Positions 28,887-38,177 of a stretch of 64,000 bases of DNA are shown here, one piece after another (the first letter of the stretch is position 1; every line of letters begins with the position of its first letter). This DNA comes from Elusimicrobiota bacterium (GTDB lineage Bacteria > Elusimicrobiota > Elusimicrobia > UBA1565 > UBA9628). The notes beneath the pieces were generated by a model that made no database searches, was not told the DNA's origin, and worked only from the letters and a program-made list of their open reading frames with translations. The position numbers were made by a program, and so were the translations under genes. The stretch is taken from positions 2,466-66,465 of the forward strand of contig JAHFCE010000011.1 of NCBI GenBank assembly GCA_023249675.1. The letters run 5' to 3'.

Positions 28887-29324
28887 ATGCCTCAGAACAG
28901 CTATCTGCACCCTCCCCGCCAGGCCGGCCTCGACCGTCGCTGGCATCACATCGACGCGAAGGGATTGGTTCTCGGCCGTATCGCGACGAAGGCCGCCGAT
29001 CTCCTCCGCGGGAAAGGCAAGGTCACTTACACCGATTACGTCGATTGCGGGGACTTCGTCGTCGTGACGAACGCCAAGCAGATCAAGCTCACTGGCAACA
29101 AGATCGATCAGAAGTTCTACTTCTCGCACTCCGGCTTTGCCGGCGGCGCTAAGGTCATGCCGATGAGGCGCCAGATGGAGCGCGATCCCCGCCGGGTCGT
29201 CATGCTCGCCGTGCGCCGCATGCTTCCGAAGAACCGTCTCGCCCGCAAGCAGCTGGTTCGCCTCAAGATCTACGTCAACGATAAGCATCCGCATTCGGCG
29301 GTCAACCCGCCGAAGGCTCAATAA
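28887..29324 (+). CDS. rplM: 50S ribosomal protein L13
   Basis: WHHIDAKGLVLGRIAT, LRGK.K, DCGDFVVV, MLPKNRL. Confidence 0.96.
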   Translation: MPQNSYLHPPRQAGLDRRWHHIDAKGLVLGRIATKAADLLRGKGKVTYTDYVDCGDFVVVTNAKQIKLTGNKIDQKFYFSHSGFAGGAKVMPMRRQMERDPRRVVMLAVRRMLPKNRLARKQLVRLKIYVNDKHPHSAVNPPKAQ

Positions 29325-29331
29325 GGACACC

Positions 29332-29733
29332 ATGGGCAAAAACGAAGCGATTTGGGCCACAGGCCGCCGCAAAACCTCCGTCGCGCAGTGTCGCCTGCTG
29401 CCGAAGGGAGACGGTAAGGTCACCGTCAACAAGAAGCCCGTTGAGACGTACTTCCGCGGCCTTCCGCATCAGGTTCGCGATGTCACCGAGCCGATTGCGA
29501 TCATCGAAGCCGCCAAGAACCATGATTTCATCATCAAGGTTGTCGGCGGCGGCGTTTCCGGCCAGGCCGGAGCGGCGCGCCATGCGATTTCCCGCGCCCT
29601 CGTCAAGCTCGACGAGAAGCACAAGAAGGCTCTTCGCGCCGCCGGCTTCCTGACCCGCGATCCCCGCATGGTCGAGCGCAAGAAGCCCGGTCAGCCCAAA
29701 GCCCGCAAGCGTTTCCAGTTCTCGAAGCGTTGA
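29332..29733 (+). CDS. rpsI: 30S ribosomal protein S9
   Basis: TGRRKTSVA, GGGVSGQAGA, LTRDPRMVERKK, QFSKR. Confidence 0.97.
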   Translation: MGKNEAIWATGRRKTSVAQCRLLPKGDGKVTVNKKPVETYFRGLPHQVRDVTEPIAIIEAAKNHDFIIKVVGGGVSGQAGAARHAISRALVKLDEKHKKALRAAGFLTRDPRMVERKKPGQPKARKRFQFSKR

Positions 29734-30035
29734 TCGAGACGATCAAGATCAGGGGTCTGGCCCGTCTCGCCGCGGCGATTTTTGCCGGGTGGGGCGGGCT
29801 GGCCGCTGTCAAGGGGGCCTACGACCTTCTGGGGGGCGAGCCGGAGGCCAATCAATACGCTCCCAAGGCTTGGGCCTTCGTCACGCGCGTCCAGTGGGGC
29901 CGCTTCGCCTTTTTTGAGCTCGTCTACGGCCTTTCCTGCATTGCTTTGGCCTGGTACTGCGTGCGCTGGTCCCGGCGTCTGCCGGAAACCGTCCGGCGCG
30001 TCCGGTCCGAGCCCGAATTCAGCCTGTTCGGATGA
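29730..30035 (+). CDS. hypothetical membrane protein
   Basis: Two TM segments; overlaps both neighbours by 4 nt. Confidence 0.6.
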   Translation: MIETIKIRGLARLAAAIFAGWGGLAAVKGAYDLLGGEPEANQYAPKAWAFVTRVQWGRFAFFELVYGLSCIALAWYCVRWSRRLPETVRRVRSEPEFSLFG

Positions 30036-30745
30036 TCAAGGTCGGCTGTGCCGGCTACCCCGTTGGGCGGGACCGCTACTGGCGGTCGCTGTCCTTCGTG
30101 GAGACCGACACGGGCAAGGGCCTGCCTCAGCTCGAGACCTTGGCCTCCTGGCGCGCGGATATTCCGGCGGGTGGCGAAGCCGCCCTGCAGGCACTACGGA
30201 CGATCACTCACGGTCCTGAGGACCGAGGTTTTCCCGTTGCCGCCCGGAAGCTCCCCAAGAACCGTCAGGCCTTATGCGGGGCCTTCCGCGAGAGCCTAGA
30301 GGTGCATGAGGCCTGGATGGCCACAAAGGCGGCGGCCGAGACCCTGGGCGCTCAGATTGTGGTATTCGAGTCTCCGGCGTCCTTCCAGCCTGGTTCTGAC
30401 CGTCTGCGCGACCTGTATAGGTTCTTTAAGAACGCAGCGCGGGGCAAGCTGACCTTTGTCTGGCAGCCTCGGGGAAGCGAGTGGTTGTCTCTCGGTGATA
30501 AAGTCTGTGTGGAGCTCGGCTTAATCCGTGCTTTTGACCCCCTGCGCCAGCCGCCGCCTCGGAAAGGGAGCTTTCTTTACATGCGCCCTGCCGTCGCGCG
30601 CATGGGAGTGCTGAGTGTGGACAATATGGCCACAATTGCCGCCGCGAGCGGCGACGTTCCGGCCTACGTTGCGCTTGCCCACCGGGCGTCTTTCCGCGAC
30701 GCCGAACGTCTCCGGGAGACCTTGGGCCGTTCGAGGGCACGGTGA
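30032..30745 (+). CDS. DUF72-family protein (divergent)
   Basis: IKVGCAGY, ITH, VFESPASF, WQPRG, DP motifs resemble DUF72. Confidence 0.7.
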   Translation: MIKVGCAGYPVGRDRYWRSLSFVETDTGKGLPQLETLASWRADIPAGGEAALQALRTITHGPEDRGFPVAARKLPKNRQALCGAFRESLEVHEAWMATKAAAETLGAQIVVFESPASFQPGSDRLRDLYRFFKNAARGKLTFVWQPRGSEWLSLGDKVCVELGLIRAFDPLRQPPPRKGSFLYMRPAVARMGVLSVDNMATIAAASGDVPAYVALAHRASFRDAERLRETLGRSRAR

Positions 30746-30833
30746 CTCGCTGTCGACCTGTCGACCTTCGGTAAAATTTAATAGACTGGACCCCGGATGC
30801 GGAAAAGCGCGTGTCGGCCTGAGGACTGATCGA

Positions 30834-32342
30834 ATGGAGCTCCCCCGTTTTGTCTTGATCGCGGCGTTGGCGCTGGGAACGAGCGCCTGGGCCGCCGACC
30901 CGATCAAGATCCGCGTCTACCATACCAACGACGTGCATGGCTGGATCATGGCGCGCCCGGATAAATTTCAGACGAATCGCCTGATCGGAGGCGCCGCCGC
31001 GTTCGCAGCACTCATCGGCAAAGAGACCGGCCCGAAGCTCGTGCTCGACGCAGGCGACTGGTGGCAGGGCACGCCTGAGGGCTCACTGACGAAGGGGGAG
31101 GCCGTCGCCGACGTGTTCAATGCGATCGGCTACGACGCGGTCGTGATCGGCAACCACGAGTACGACGCGGGCGCCGATGCGCTACGCTCTTTGATCGGGA
31201 AGATGAAGATGCCGGTCCTCTCGGCCAACACCTTCGGCGATGACGGCAAACTTGTCCCTTGGGTTCGCCCCTGGATTGTTAAGGAAGTTGCCGGCGTGAA
31301 GCTCGGTGTGTTCGGTCTGACGACCTCGCATATGCGTACGCTCGCCTTCCCAAATCACATTGCCGGTCTCGACTTTCGGCGCGAGGTGGACGTCGCACGC
31401 GATGCGGTGAAGGAGCTCAGGAAGGCGGGGGCCACGGTGATCATCGCGGTCACGCACATGGGCCTTGAGGGGGAGAACCAGACATTCGAGGGTGATCGGA
31501 CGCTTGCGCGCGAGGTGCCCGGCATCGACCTCATCGTTGGGGGCCATTCGCACACGTTTCTTCATCGTCCGATCCGCGGTGAGAACGGGACCTTGATCGT
31601 GCAGGCGGGCTCCTATCTGGTGAAGGCCGGGCGCGCGACGCTCGAGATCGACCCGAAGACGAAGACGGTGACCGCATCCTCTGACGAACTCATCGAGCTC
31701 TGGCCGGATCGCATCGGAGAGGACCCCGAGGTGAAGGCGATCGTCGCCAAGCGCGTGGAGGCCGTCGGCAAGGTTTTCGAGACCGTGATTGCGACCGCGC
31801 CCGCTTTGATGAGTCGCGAGGGAGACCGCGAGAACGCGCTCGGTGACTGGATGACGGACTGCTACCGCGAGAGCCTTGTCGTCGATACGGCGCTGCAGAA
31901 CGGGGGCGGCATCCGCGCCGAGCTCTCCGCGGGTCCCGTGACCTTGCGCTCGATATTCAACGTGATGCCGTTCGACAATGCTTTGGTCAAGCTGAGCATG
32001 AAGGGCGCCGACCTGCGCGCGGTGTTCGACCATGGCGTGGGTCTCGAGCGCGTCGCCCAGGTCTCCGGCGCGAACATCGAGTACGACCGTGCCAAGCCCG
32101 CCGGCGAACGCCTCGTCGCGGTTTCCATCGGCGGCGCTCCGCTCGATGACGCGAGGACCTACTCGATCGCCACCTTGGATTTTCTGACGAACGGCGGCGG
32201 TGACGGCTACACCGTCTTCGACCGCTTTGTTTCTTCGGAGGCGACGGGCGCGTTGGCGCGCGACCTGTTGAACGAATGCGCCCGCAAGCAGGGCGTGGTT
32301 TTGGCGCCCGCGATCGGGCGCCTGAAGCGGAGGGAGAACTGA
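30834..32342 (+). CDS. secreted 5'-nucleotidase (metallophosphoesterase + 5'-NT C-terminal domain)
   Basis: Signal peptide, HTNDVHG, LDAGD, GNHEYD, THMG, GGHSH, NGGGIRA, MPFDN, GGDGY. Confidence 0.93.
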   Translation: MELPRFVLIAALALGTSAWAADPIKIRVYHTNDVHGWIMARPDKFQTNRLIGGAAAFAALIGKETGPKLVLDAGDWWQGTPEGSLTKGEAVADVFNAIGYDAVVIGNHEYDAGADALRSLIGKMKMPVLSANTFGDDGKLVPWVRPWIVKEVAGVKLGVFGLTTSHMRTLAFPNHIAGLDFRREVDVARDAVKELRKAGATVIIAVTHMGLEGENQTFEGDRTLAREVPGIDLIVGGHSHTFLHRPIRGENGTLIVQAGSYLVKAGRATLEIDPKTKTVTASSDELIELWPDRIGEDPEVKAIVAKRVEAVGKVFETVIATAPALMSREGDRENALGDWMTDCYRESLVVDTALQNGGGIRAELSAGPVTLRSIFNVMPFDNALVKLSMKGADLRAVFDHGVGLERVAQVSGANIEYDRAKPAGERLVAVSIGGAPLDDARTYSIATLDFLTNGGGDGYTVFDRFVSSEATGALARDLLNECARKQGVVLAPAIGRLKRREN

Positions 32343-32343
32343 C

Positions 32344-32937
32344 ATGGTGTTCAAGGACGCCCGGGCGAAAGTCGAGAAAGGCTGGACCACAACCAAGAAG
32401 CTTCTCGCCATAATGAGCGTGTGGGGCCTATTCTTCAGCCTCATCACCATCGGCCATCTCTCGGTGGCCTTCGACTATGACGACACGCTGGTGAATTCCA
32501 CCAAGGCCTACGAAAAGGCCTCCCGCGCCGTCGTCCAGCGCGAGAGCCCGACTTTCTGGGCCGTGTTCAACAACGCCTACGATGTCGAAACGGTCAAGTA
32601 CATCCCGTTCACCATCGCCTGCATCCTGCGCGGTCTCGGCTTCCGGGTTCTGATCATGGCGGAGCGACAGGGGACCGACGGCGACGCCCTGAAAAAGGAA
32701 TGGCGAAGGCTGGCGCCCCGTTCCTTCATCTTCACGCCCAATCCGACGGCAAAGCACCTGCACATGCAGGAAGGCCATTTTGTCGCCTTCTTCGGCGACA
32801 GCGATCAGGATATGCTCGAGGCCATGAAGGTCAACGTCCTCGGCGTGCGCATCCGGCGTGGTAAGCGCTCGGTCAAGAACGACCCTTACTTCCCCGGAAG
32901 GATGGGAGAGGTTGTGATTCCCCTGTCGCAGTTTTGA
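32344..32937 (+). CDS. membrane-anchored HAD class B acid phosphatase (AphA-like)
   Basis: TM helix followed by VAFDYDDTL, FW..FN, FFGDSDQDM, GVRIRR. Confidence 0.7.
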   Translation: MVFKDARAKVEKGWTTTKKLLAIMSVWGLFFSLITIGHLSVAFDYDDTLVNSTKAYEKASRAVVQRESPTFWAVFNNAYDVETVKYIPFTIACILRGLGFRVLIMAERQGTDGDALKKEWRRLAPRSFIFTPNPTAKHLHMQEGHFVAFFGDSDQDMLEAMKVNVLGVRIRRGKRSVKNDPYFPGRMGEVVIPLSQF

Positions 32938-32952
32938 CGGTCTTGGCAGCCA

Positions 32953-32981
32953 TTGACATGCCTCGATTCATGGGGTAGAAT
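32953..32981 (+). promoter_or_regulatory. sigma70-type promoter of the tpiA-BMC operon
   Basis: TTGACA (32953-32958), 17-nt spacer, TAGAAT (32976-32981). Confidence 0.75.
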
Positions 32982-33007
32982 GTCGATCGACGCTGGAGAG
33001 AACAATA

Positions 33008-33026
33008 TGTGGCCAATTTGGCCACA
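33008..33026. promoter_or_regulatory. candidate operator palindrome
   Basis: TGTGGCCA-att-TGGCCACA between the promoter and the tpiA RBS. Confidence 0.45.
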
Positions 33027-33038
33027 ATTGGAGATAAA

Positions 33039-33806
33039 ATGACTTCCCCTTTGCGCCGTCCCCTGCTCGTCGGCAACTGGAAGATGAATCTGACCATGGT
33101 CCAGTCGATCGAACTGGGAAAACTGGTCGCTGGTGGGGCCGGAGCGGCTTCGGGCGAGGTTGCTGTGTGCGTCCCCTTCACTGCGATCGCCGTCGTGCGA
33201 GAAGTTCTCAGGGGAACCAATGTCCGCCTTGGCGCCCAGAATTGCCACTGGGAAGTTTCCGGCGCCTACACCGGCGAGATTTCCGTGGACCAGCTTCGCG
33301 ACGCCGGCTGTCAGATGGTCATCATCGGCCACAGTGAGCGCCGCAAGCTTTTTGGAGAGACCGATGAGTCCGTCAACAGGAAGCTGGGCGCAGCGCTCAA
33401 GGGCGGGCTGACTCCGATCGTGTGCGTGGGCGAGACGTTGGAGGAGCGTGAGGCGCAGAAGACTTGGCGCGTGCTCGAAACGCAGATCGAGGGCGGCCTG
33501 AAAGGTTTCGCGCCTGCCGACCTTTCGAAAGTCGTTATCGCGTATGAGCCGGTGTGGGCCATCGGCACCGGCAAGACCGCGTCGCCCGCTCAGGCGCAGG
33601 AAGCGCACCTATTCATCCGCTCCCAGCTGAAGAAGATTCACGGAGAAAGTTTTTCTGCGGGCACAAGGATTCTTTACGGAGGTTCTGTGACCGCGGAAAA
33701 CGTGGACAGTCTGATGGACTCGGCCGATGTGGATGGCGCGCTTGTCGGCGGCGCCAGCCTCAAGAAAGACTTCCTGCGCATCATGGGCTTCCAGACAGCG
33801 CGATGA
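33039..33806 (+). CDS. tpiA: triosephosphate isomerase
   Basis: [45 protein letters not shown]. Confidence 0.97.
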   Translation: MTSPLRRPLLVGNWKMNLTMVQSIELGKLVAGGAGAASGEVAVCVPFTAIAVVREVLRGTNVRLGAQNCHWEVSGAYTGEISVDQLRDAGCQMVIIGHSERRKLFGETDESVNRKLGAALKGGLTPIVCVGETLEEREAQKTWRVLETQIEGGLKGFAPADLSKVVIAYEPVWAIGTGKTASPAQAQEAHLFIRSQLKKIHGESFSAGTRILYGGSVTAENVDSLMDSADVDGALVGGASLKKDFLRIMGFQTAR

Positions 33807-34444
33807 GTCCCGCCACTTCTGCTCTCGTCGAGGGCCTGGCAGTCGAGATCAAGAAGCGCATGAAGCGTTCTAGGCTGGCCATCCCCGTGGGCGTTTCGAA
33901 CCGACATTGCCACCTGACTGAAGAGCACTTCAAGATATTATTCGGCCGGGGTGCGACGCCGAAGAAAATTAAGAACATCAAGCAGCCCGGCTTTTACGCC
34001 GCCGAAGAGATGATCGCCGTGAAAGGACCCAAGGGCGAGCTCAAGAATATTCGTCTCGTCGCACCCTACCGCGACCACACCCAGATCGAGCTGGCCGTGA
34101 GCGACGCGTTGGCTGCCGGTCTCAAGCCGCTCGTGCGCGAGTCTGGCGACGTGAAGAACTCGCCCGGCGCCCTTCTTATCGGTCCGCGTGGTCAGGTGGA
34201 GCTTAAAGAAGGCGTGATCGTCGCCCAGCGCCACCTGCACTTTTCCCCGAGCGAGGCCGCGGCCCTTGCCGTCGCTTCCGGCGAGGTCGTTCGCGTGCGC
34301 TGCGGCTCGGGAGGCGGGCGCTCCATCGTTTTCGAAAACGTCGTCGTGCGCGTATCGGACAAGTACAGCCTCGAGTTCCATGTCGACACCGATGAGGCTA
34401 ATGCCGCCGGACTTAAGACCGGCGACGTCGTACATATCGCGTAA
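33803..34444 (+). CDS. pduL: BMC phosphotransacylase PduL
   Basis: IPVGVSNRHCHL, QPG.YA, GVIVAQRHLH, HVDTDEANA; amphipathic N-terminal extension. Confidence 0.93.
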   Translation: MSPATSALVEGLAVEIKKRMKRSRLAIPVGVSNRHCHLTEEHFKILFGRGATPKKIKNIKQPGFYAAEEMIAVKGPKGELKNIRLVAPYRDHTQIELAVSDALAAGLKPLVRESGDVKNSPGALLIGPRGQVELKEGVIVAQRHLHFSPSEAAALAVASGEVVRVRCGSGGGRSIVFENVVVRVSDKYSLEFHVDTDEANAAGLKTGDVVHIA

Positions 34445-34456
34445 GGAGAACACTGA

Positions 34457-34753
34457 ATGAACGCACTTGGAATGATCGAGACCCGCGGCCTGATCGCTTG
34501 CGTCGAAGCTGCTGACGCCGCCGTAAAAGCCGCCGACGTCCGCATCGTCGGCTACGAAAAAGTCGGCACCGGCCTCGTGACCGTGCTGTTCCGCGGCGAG
34601 GTCGCCGCCTGCAAGGCCGCCTGCGACTCGGGCGCGGCCGCCGCTCAGAAGGTCGGCGAGCTGATCGCCGTACACGTCATCCCGCAGCCGCACCCGGATC
34701 TCGAGGGCAAGATGCCGATCTCATCCCCCGAGACCTTGGCGCGCAAGAAGTGA
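34457..34753 (+). CDS. BMC-H shell hexamer (EutM/PduA-like)
   Basis: [21 protein letters not shown]...GEVAACKAA...HVIPQPH. Confidence 0.95.
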   Translation: MNALGMIETRGLIACVEAADAAVKAADVRIVGYEKVGTGLVTVLFRGEVAACKAACDSGAAAAQKVGELIAVHVIPQPHPDLEGKMPISSPETLARKK

Positions 34754-34760
34754 TCGTCTT

Positions 34761-35069
34761 ATGATTTTCGCCCGCGTGACGGGCACTGTCGTCTGCACGC
34801 TCAAGGACGAGAAGCTGGTCGGTTCCAAGCTGCTGCTGGTGCAGCCTGTGGATCTGGCTGGTTCTCCGAAGGGCAGCCCCCTCGTCGCCGTCGATTCTGT
34901 CGGCGCCGGCGAGGGGGAGCTCGTCCTTCTGGTGCAGGGTTCGAGTGCCAGACAGACAACAAAAACCGAAGGACGGCCCGTCGACGCCGTGATCTTTGCG
35001 ATCGTCGATACGGTCGAACAGTCCGGCAAGACGGCGTTCAAGAAGAGCGAGGACGCGCATGCACAGTGA
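34761..35069 (+). CDS. BMC-P shell pentamer (EutN/CcmL family) 1
   Basis: ARVTGTVVCTLKDEKL.G.KLLLVQ, VAVDSVGAGEGE, VDAVIFAIVD. Confidence 0.95.
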   Translation: MIFARVTGTVVCTLKDEKLVGSKLLLVQPVDLAGSPKGSPLVAVDSVGAGEGELVLLVQGSSARQTTKTEGRPVDAVIFAIVDTVEQSGKTAFKKSEDAHAQ

Positions 35070-36516
35070 GGAGATCGCTCGGATCATCTCCGAAGTTCTC
35101 AAGCGCTTAGGGAAAGACGAGGGGGTCACCGCTGCCGTGGCCGAGCGCCCGGTCGCTGCTGCCTCGGCGCCAGCCTCATCTTGCGGCGGCCCGGTTCAGC
35201 CGACCGTGGACGCGGCCGTGCAGACGGCCCGTCGCGCCCAGGCCGTGTTCCAGGAGCTGGGTCTGGAGGTCCGCCGCGAAGTCATCCGCGCCATGCGCAA
35301 GACCGCCATCGCGAATGCCGAGCGCTTGGCCAGGATGGCCCGTGAGGAGACCGGCATGGGCCGTTGGGAAGACAAGGTCCAGAAAAATCTGGTGTGCGCG
35401 ACGCGCACTCCGGGCGTGGAGGACCTGGTCAGCAAAGCCTACACCGGCGACAAGGGTCTGACCCTCGTCGAATACGCGCCCTACGGCGTTGTCGCCGCGA
35501 TCACGCCCTCGACCAATCCCGCCGCCACAATCATCAACAACGCGATCTCCATCCTCGCGGCCGGCAACTCCGTTGTCTTCGCGCCGCATCCGGCGTCATT
35601 TCAGACCTGCGTGGAGACCATGCGCCTGCTCTGCGAGGCGGCCGTCGCCGCTGGAGCGCCCTCGGGCCTGATGACGACCTACGCCTCACCCTCGCAGGAG
35701 AACACCCGCAGTCTGCTTGCGCATCCCGACACGCGCGTGAACATGGTCACCGGCGGTCCGGCGATCGTGAAAGTCGCGATGACTGTGGGCAAGACCTGCA
35801 AAACGATCGCCGCCGGCCCCGGCAACCCGCCCGTCGTCGTCGATGAGACGGCGAATTTCCCGCAGTGCGCCTCGGATGTGATCTTCGGCGCGTCCTTTGA
35901 CAATAATGTCTTGTGCACGGCCGAAAAAGAGGTGATCGTCACCGCCGCGGCCCGGGAGCGTTTCCTCGACGCGATGCGCCAAGATCCTCGGGCGTATGAG
36001 CTGAACGCCGGACAGACCGACCAACTCGTCAATCTTGTTATTAAGGTTGGGGGTCGTGGATGCAAAGATCCGGTTCTCAACCGTGATTATGTCGGGAAGG
36101 ACGCCGCAGTCCTGGCCAAAGGCATCGGCTTGAGCATCCCTCCGGAAGCACGGCTCCTTTGGGCCGAAGTCCCGAACGATCACGCATTGGTGTGGACGGA
36201 ACAGTTGATGCCGTTTTTACCCGTCACAGTCGCGCCGGACGTCGACAGCGCGATTGACCTTGCCGTGCAAGCGGAAGGAGGGCACCGCCACACCGCCGCG
36301 ATGCACTCGACCCACGTGGGCAACCTGACGAAGATGGCGCGCCGCATGCAGTGCTCCATCTTCGTCAAGAACGCGCCCACTTTGTACGGTCTTGGCCTTG
36401 GCGAAGGCTACGCCACGATGTCGATCGGAACTCCGACCGGCGACGGGCTGACCAAGGCCTCCCATTTCGCGCGCCCGCTGCACTGCGCGCTCGTCGGATA
36501 CTTTAGGATCGCTTAA
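35059..36516 (+). CDS. acylating aldehyde dehydrogenase (EutE/PduP-like) with encapsulation peptide
   Basis: N-terminal EEIARIISEVLKRL helix; ETGMGR, ITPSTNP, TGGPAIV, AGPGNPP, SFDNNVLCTAEKE. Confidence 0.93.
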   Translation: MHSEEIARIISEVLKRLGKDEGVTAAVAERPVAAASAPASSCGGPVQPTVDAAVQTARRAQAVFQELGLEVRREVIRAMRKTAIANAERLARMAREETGMGRWEDKVQKNLVCATRTPGVEDLVSKAYTGDKGLTLVEYAPYGVVAAITPSTNPAATIINNAISILAAGNSVVFAPHPASFQTCVETMRLLCEAAVAAGAPSGLMTTYASPSQENTRSLLAHPDTRVNMVTGGPAIVKVAMTVGKTCKTIAAGPGNPPVVVDETANFPQCASDVIFGASFDNNVLCTAEKEVIVTAAARERFLDAMRQDPRAYELNAGQTDQLVNLVIKVGGRGCKDPVLNRDYVGKDAAVLAKGIGLSIPPEARLLWAEVPNDHALVWTEQLMPFLPVTVAPDVDSAIDLAVQAEGGHRHTAAMHSTHVGNLTKMARRMQCSIFVKNAPTLYGLGLGEGYATMSIGTPTGDGLTKASHFARPLHCALVGYFRIA

Positions 36517-36524
36517 GGAGAACC

Positions 36525-37076
36525 ATGCTCGCCAACCTCGCCGTCGGATTTTTGGAATCATCCTCGATCGCCAAAGGCATCGAAGCGACGGACGCCATGG
36601 TCAAGATGGCGCAGATCAAGCTCGCCAAGACGACGATCGTCGCGCGCGGCAAGTACATCATCTTCGTGTCCGGGGCCCAGGGCGAGATCGAAAGCGCGAT
36701 GCGCGCGGGCCGCGAGGTTTTGGGAAAGACGCTCGTGGATGAAGTGCTCATCCGCAACGTCCACAACCAGGTCGTCGCCGCCCTCGACAAGCGCGTCCCT
36801 GTCGAGGCCCTAGGCGCCGTCGGCGTCATCGAGACCAAGGAAGCGATCGCGGCCGTGCTCGCGGCGGACGCCGCGGCCAAGGCCGCCGACGTCCGCCTCA
36901 TCGAGGTGAAGACCTCCGTCGGCGGCGGCAAGGGCTATGTCTCGCTGTGCGGCGCCGTCGGCGACGTCCGTGCCGCGGTCGCGGCCGGCATCAGCGCGAT
37001 AAAAAAGGAGCTGCTCGTCAGCCACGTGATCATCGCGCAGGCCGATCCCCAGCTGCTCGCGACGGTGGGCAAATAA
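36525..37076 (+). CDS. BMC-T shell protein (PduT-like)
   Basis: Two tandem BMC domains (ESSSIAKGIEATDAMVK; ETKEAIAAVLAADAAAKAADV), GGKGY. Confidence 0.9.
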   Translation: MLANLAVGFLESSSIAKGIEATDAMVKMAQIKLAKTTIVARGKYIIFVSGAQGEIESAMRAGREVLGKTLVDEVLIRNVHNQVVAALDKRVPVEALGAVGVIETKEAIAAVLAADAAAKAADVRLIEVKTSVGGGKGYVSLCGAVGDVRAAVAAGISAIKKELLVSHVIIAQADPQLLATVGK

Positions 37077-37077
37077 G

Positions 37078-37527
37078 ATGAGAGTCGTCGTCGGCTCCGA
37101 TCACGGCGGCTTTGGCGCGAAAGACTTCGTGAAGAAGACCATCCAGAAGATGGGCCACGAGGTCGCGGACTTCGGCTGCCATTCGACCGAGGCCGTGGAC
37201 TATCCCGACGTGGCCCAGCTCGTCGCCGAGGCGGTCGTGCGGCGCGAGTACGACCGGGGCGTGCTCATCGACGGTTTCGGAGGCGCGGTATGCATGGCGG
37301 CCAACAAGGTCTTGGGCGCGCGCGCGGTCGCGGCCTACGACTCGGTCTCGGCGCGCTTCGCGGCCCAGCACGATGACGCCAACGTCTTATGTCTAGGCGG
37401 CAAGACGCACGGCGAGCTGATCCTCGCCGAGATCCTCAAGGTGTTCTTCACGACGCCCTTCGAAGGCGGACGGCACGAGGGGCGACTTTTGAAGGTGGGC
37501 GCGATCGAGCAGGGGCGCGCGCGATGA
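37078..37527 (+). CDS. rpiB: RpiB/LacA/LacB-family sugar-phosphate isomerase
   Basis: GSDHGG, DYPD, MAANKV.GARA, HDDANVLCLG, FEGGRH. Confidence 0.88.
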   Translation: MRVVVGSDHGGFGAKDFVKKTIQKMGHEVADFGCHSTEAVDYPDVAQLVAEAVVRREYDRGVLIDGFGGAVCMAANKVLGARAVAAYDSVSARFAAQHDDANVLCLGGKTHGELILAEILKVFFTTPFEGGRHEGRLLKVGAIEQGRAR

Positions 37528-37811
37528 AGCTCGCGCGCGTCATCGGCCGCGTGTTCTGCTCCCGCCAGGAGCCGGGCCTCAACGGCAAGGCGATGCTCTT
37601 GATCCAGCCCCTGCGCTGGGAGGACGAGGCGCCCGTCGGCGATCCGATCGTGGCCGCCGACGCGGTCGGCGCGGGCTCGTCTGAAAAAGTTTTTTGGGTC
37701 GCCTCGCGCGACGCGGCGGTCGCCTTTAAGGATGCGCCGCCGGTGGATGCGGCCGTCGTCGGCATCATGGACGGGCACCAAGTGAAAGATTTTAGGGGAG
37801 GCTCGAAGTGA
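37524..37811 (+). CDS. BMC-P shell pentamer 2
   Basis: MKLARVIGRVFCS, VAADAVGAG, VDAAVVGIMD. Confidence 0.9.
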   Translation: MKLARVIGRVFCSRQEPGLNGKAMLLIQPLRWEDEAPVGDPIVAADAVGAGSSEKVFWVASRDAAVAFKDAPPVDAAVVGIMDGHQVKDFRGGSK

Positions 37812-37855
37812 AGTTATCCACCAATCCGTCGTGCGACGGATTGGTGGATAACTTC
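37810..37855. repeat. perfect 22-bp inverted repeat between BMC-P genes
   Basis: GAAGTTATCCACCAATCCGTCG-tg-CGACGGATTGGTGGATAACTTC. Confidence 0.85.
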
Positions 37856-37880
37856 TCCGTGGCATGGAGGATGGCGTAAC

Positions 37881-38177
37881 ATGTTTGTGGCCGAAGTCGT
37901 CGGCAACGCGTGGGGGACGCGCAAGCACGGCTCTTTGTGCGACAAGCGCCTGCTTCTCGTGCGGCCGATCGATCCGCTGACGGAGAAGCCGCTTGGCGAC
38001 GCGGTGATGGCCGTCGAGTACGGAACGGGTGCTGGGCCGGGCTCGGTCGTACTCGTGATGGATGAAGGCGCCTCGGCGAGAAGCGTTTTGAAAGACGAGG
38101 CGGCGCCGATACGAACGGTGATCGTCGGGATCGTGGATTCCGTGGTGTCGGGTGGAAAGGTAAAAAAATATGACTGA
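37881..38177 (+). CDS. BMC-P shell pentamer 3
   Basis: [32 protein letters not shown]. Confidence 0.9.
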   Translation: MFVAEVVGNAWGTRKHGSLCDKRLLLVRPIDPLTEKPLGDAVMAVEYGTGAGPGSVVLVMDEGASARSVLKDEAAPIRTVIVGIVDSVVSGGKVKKYD

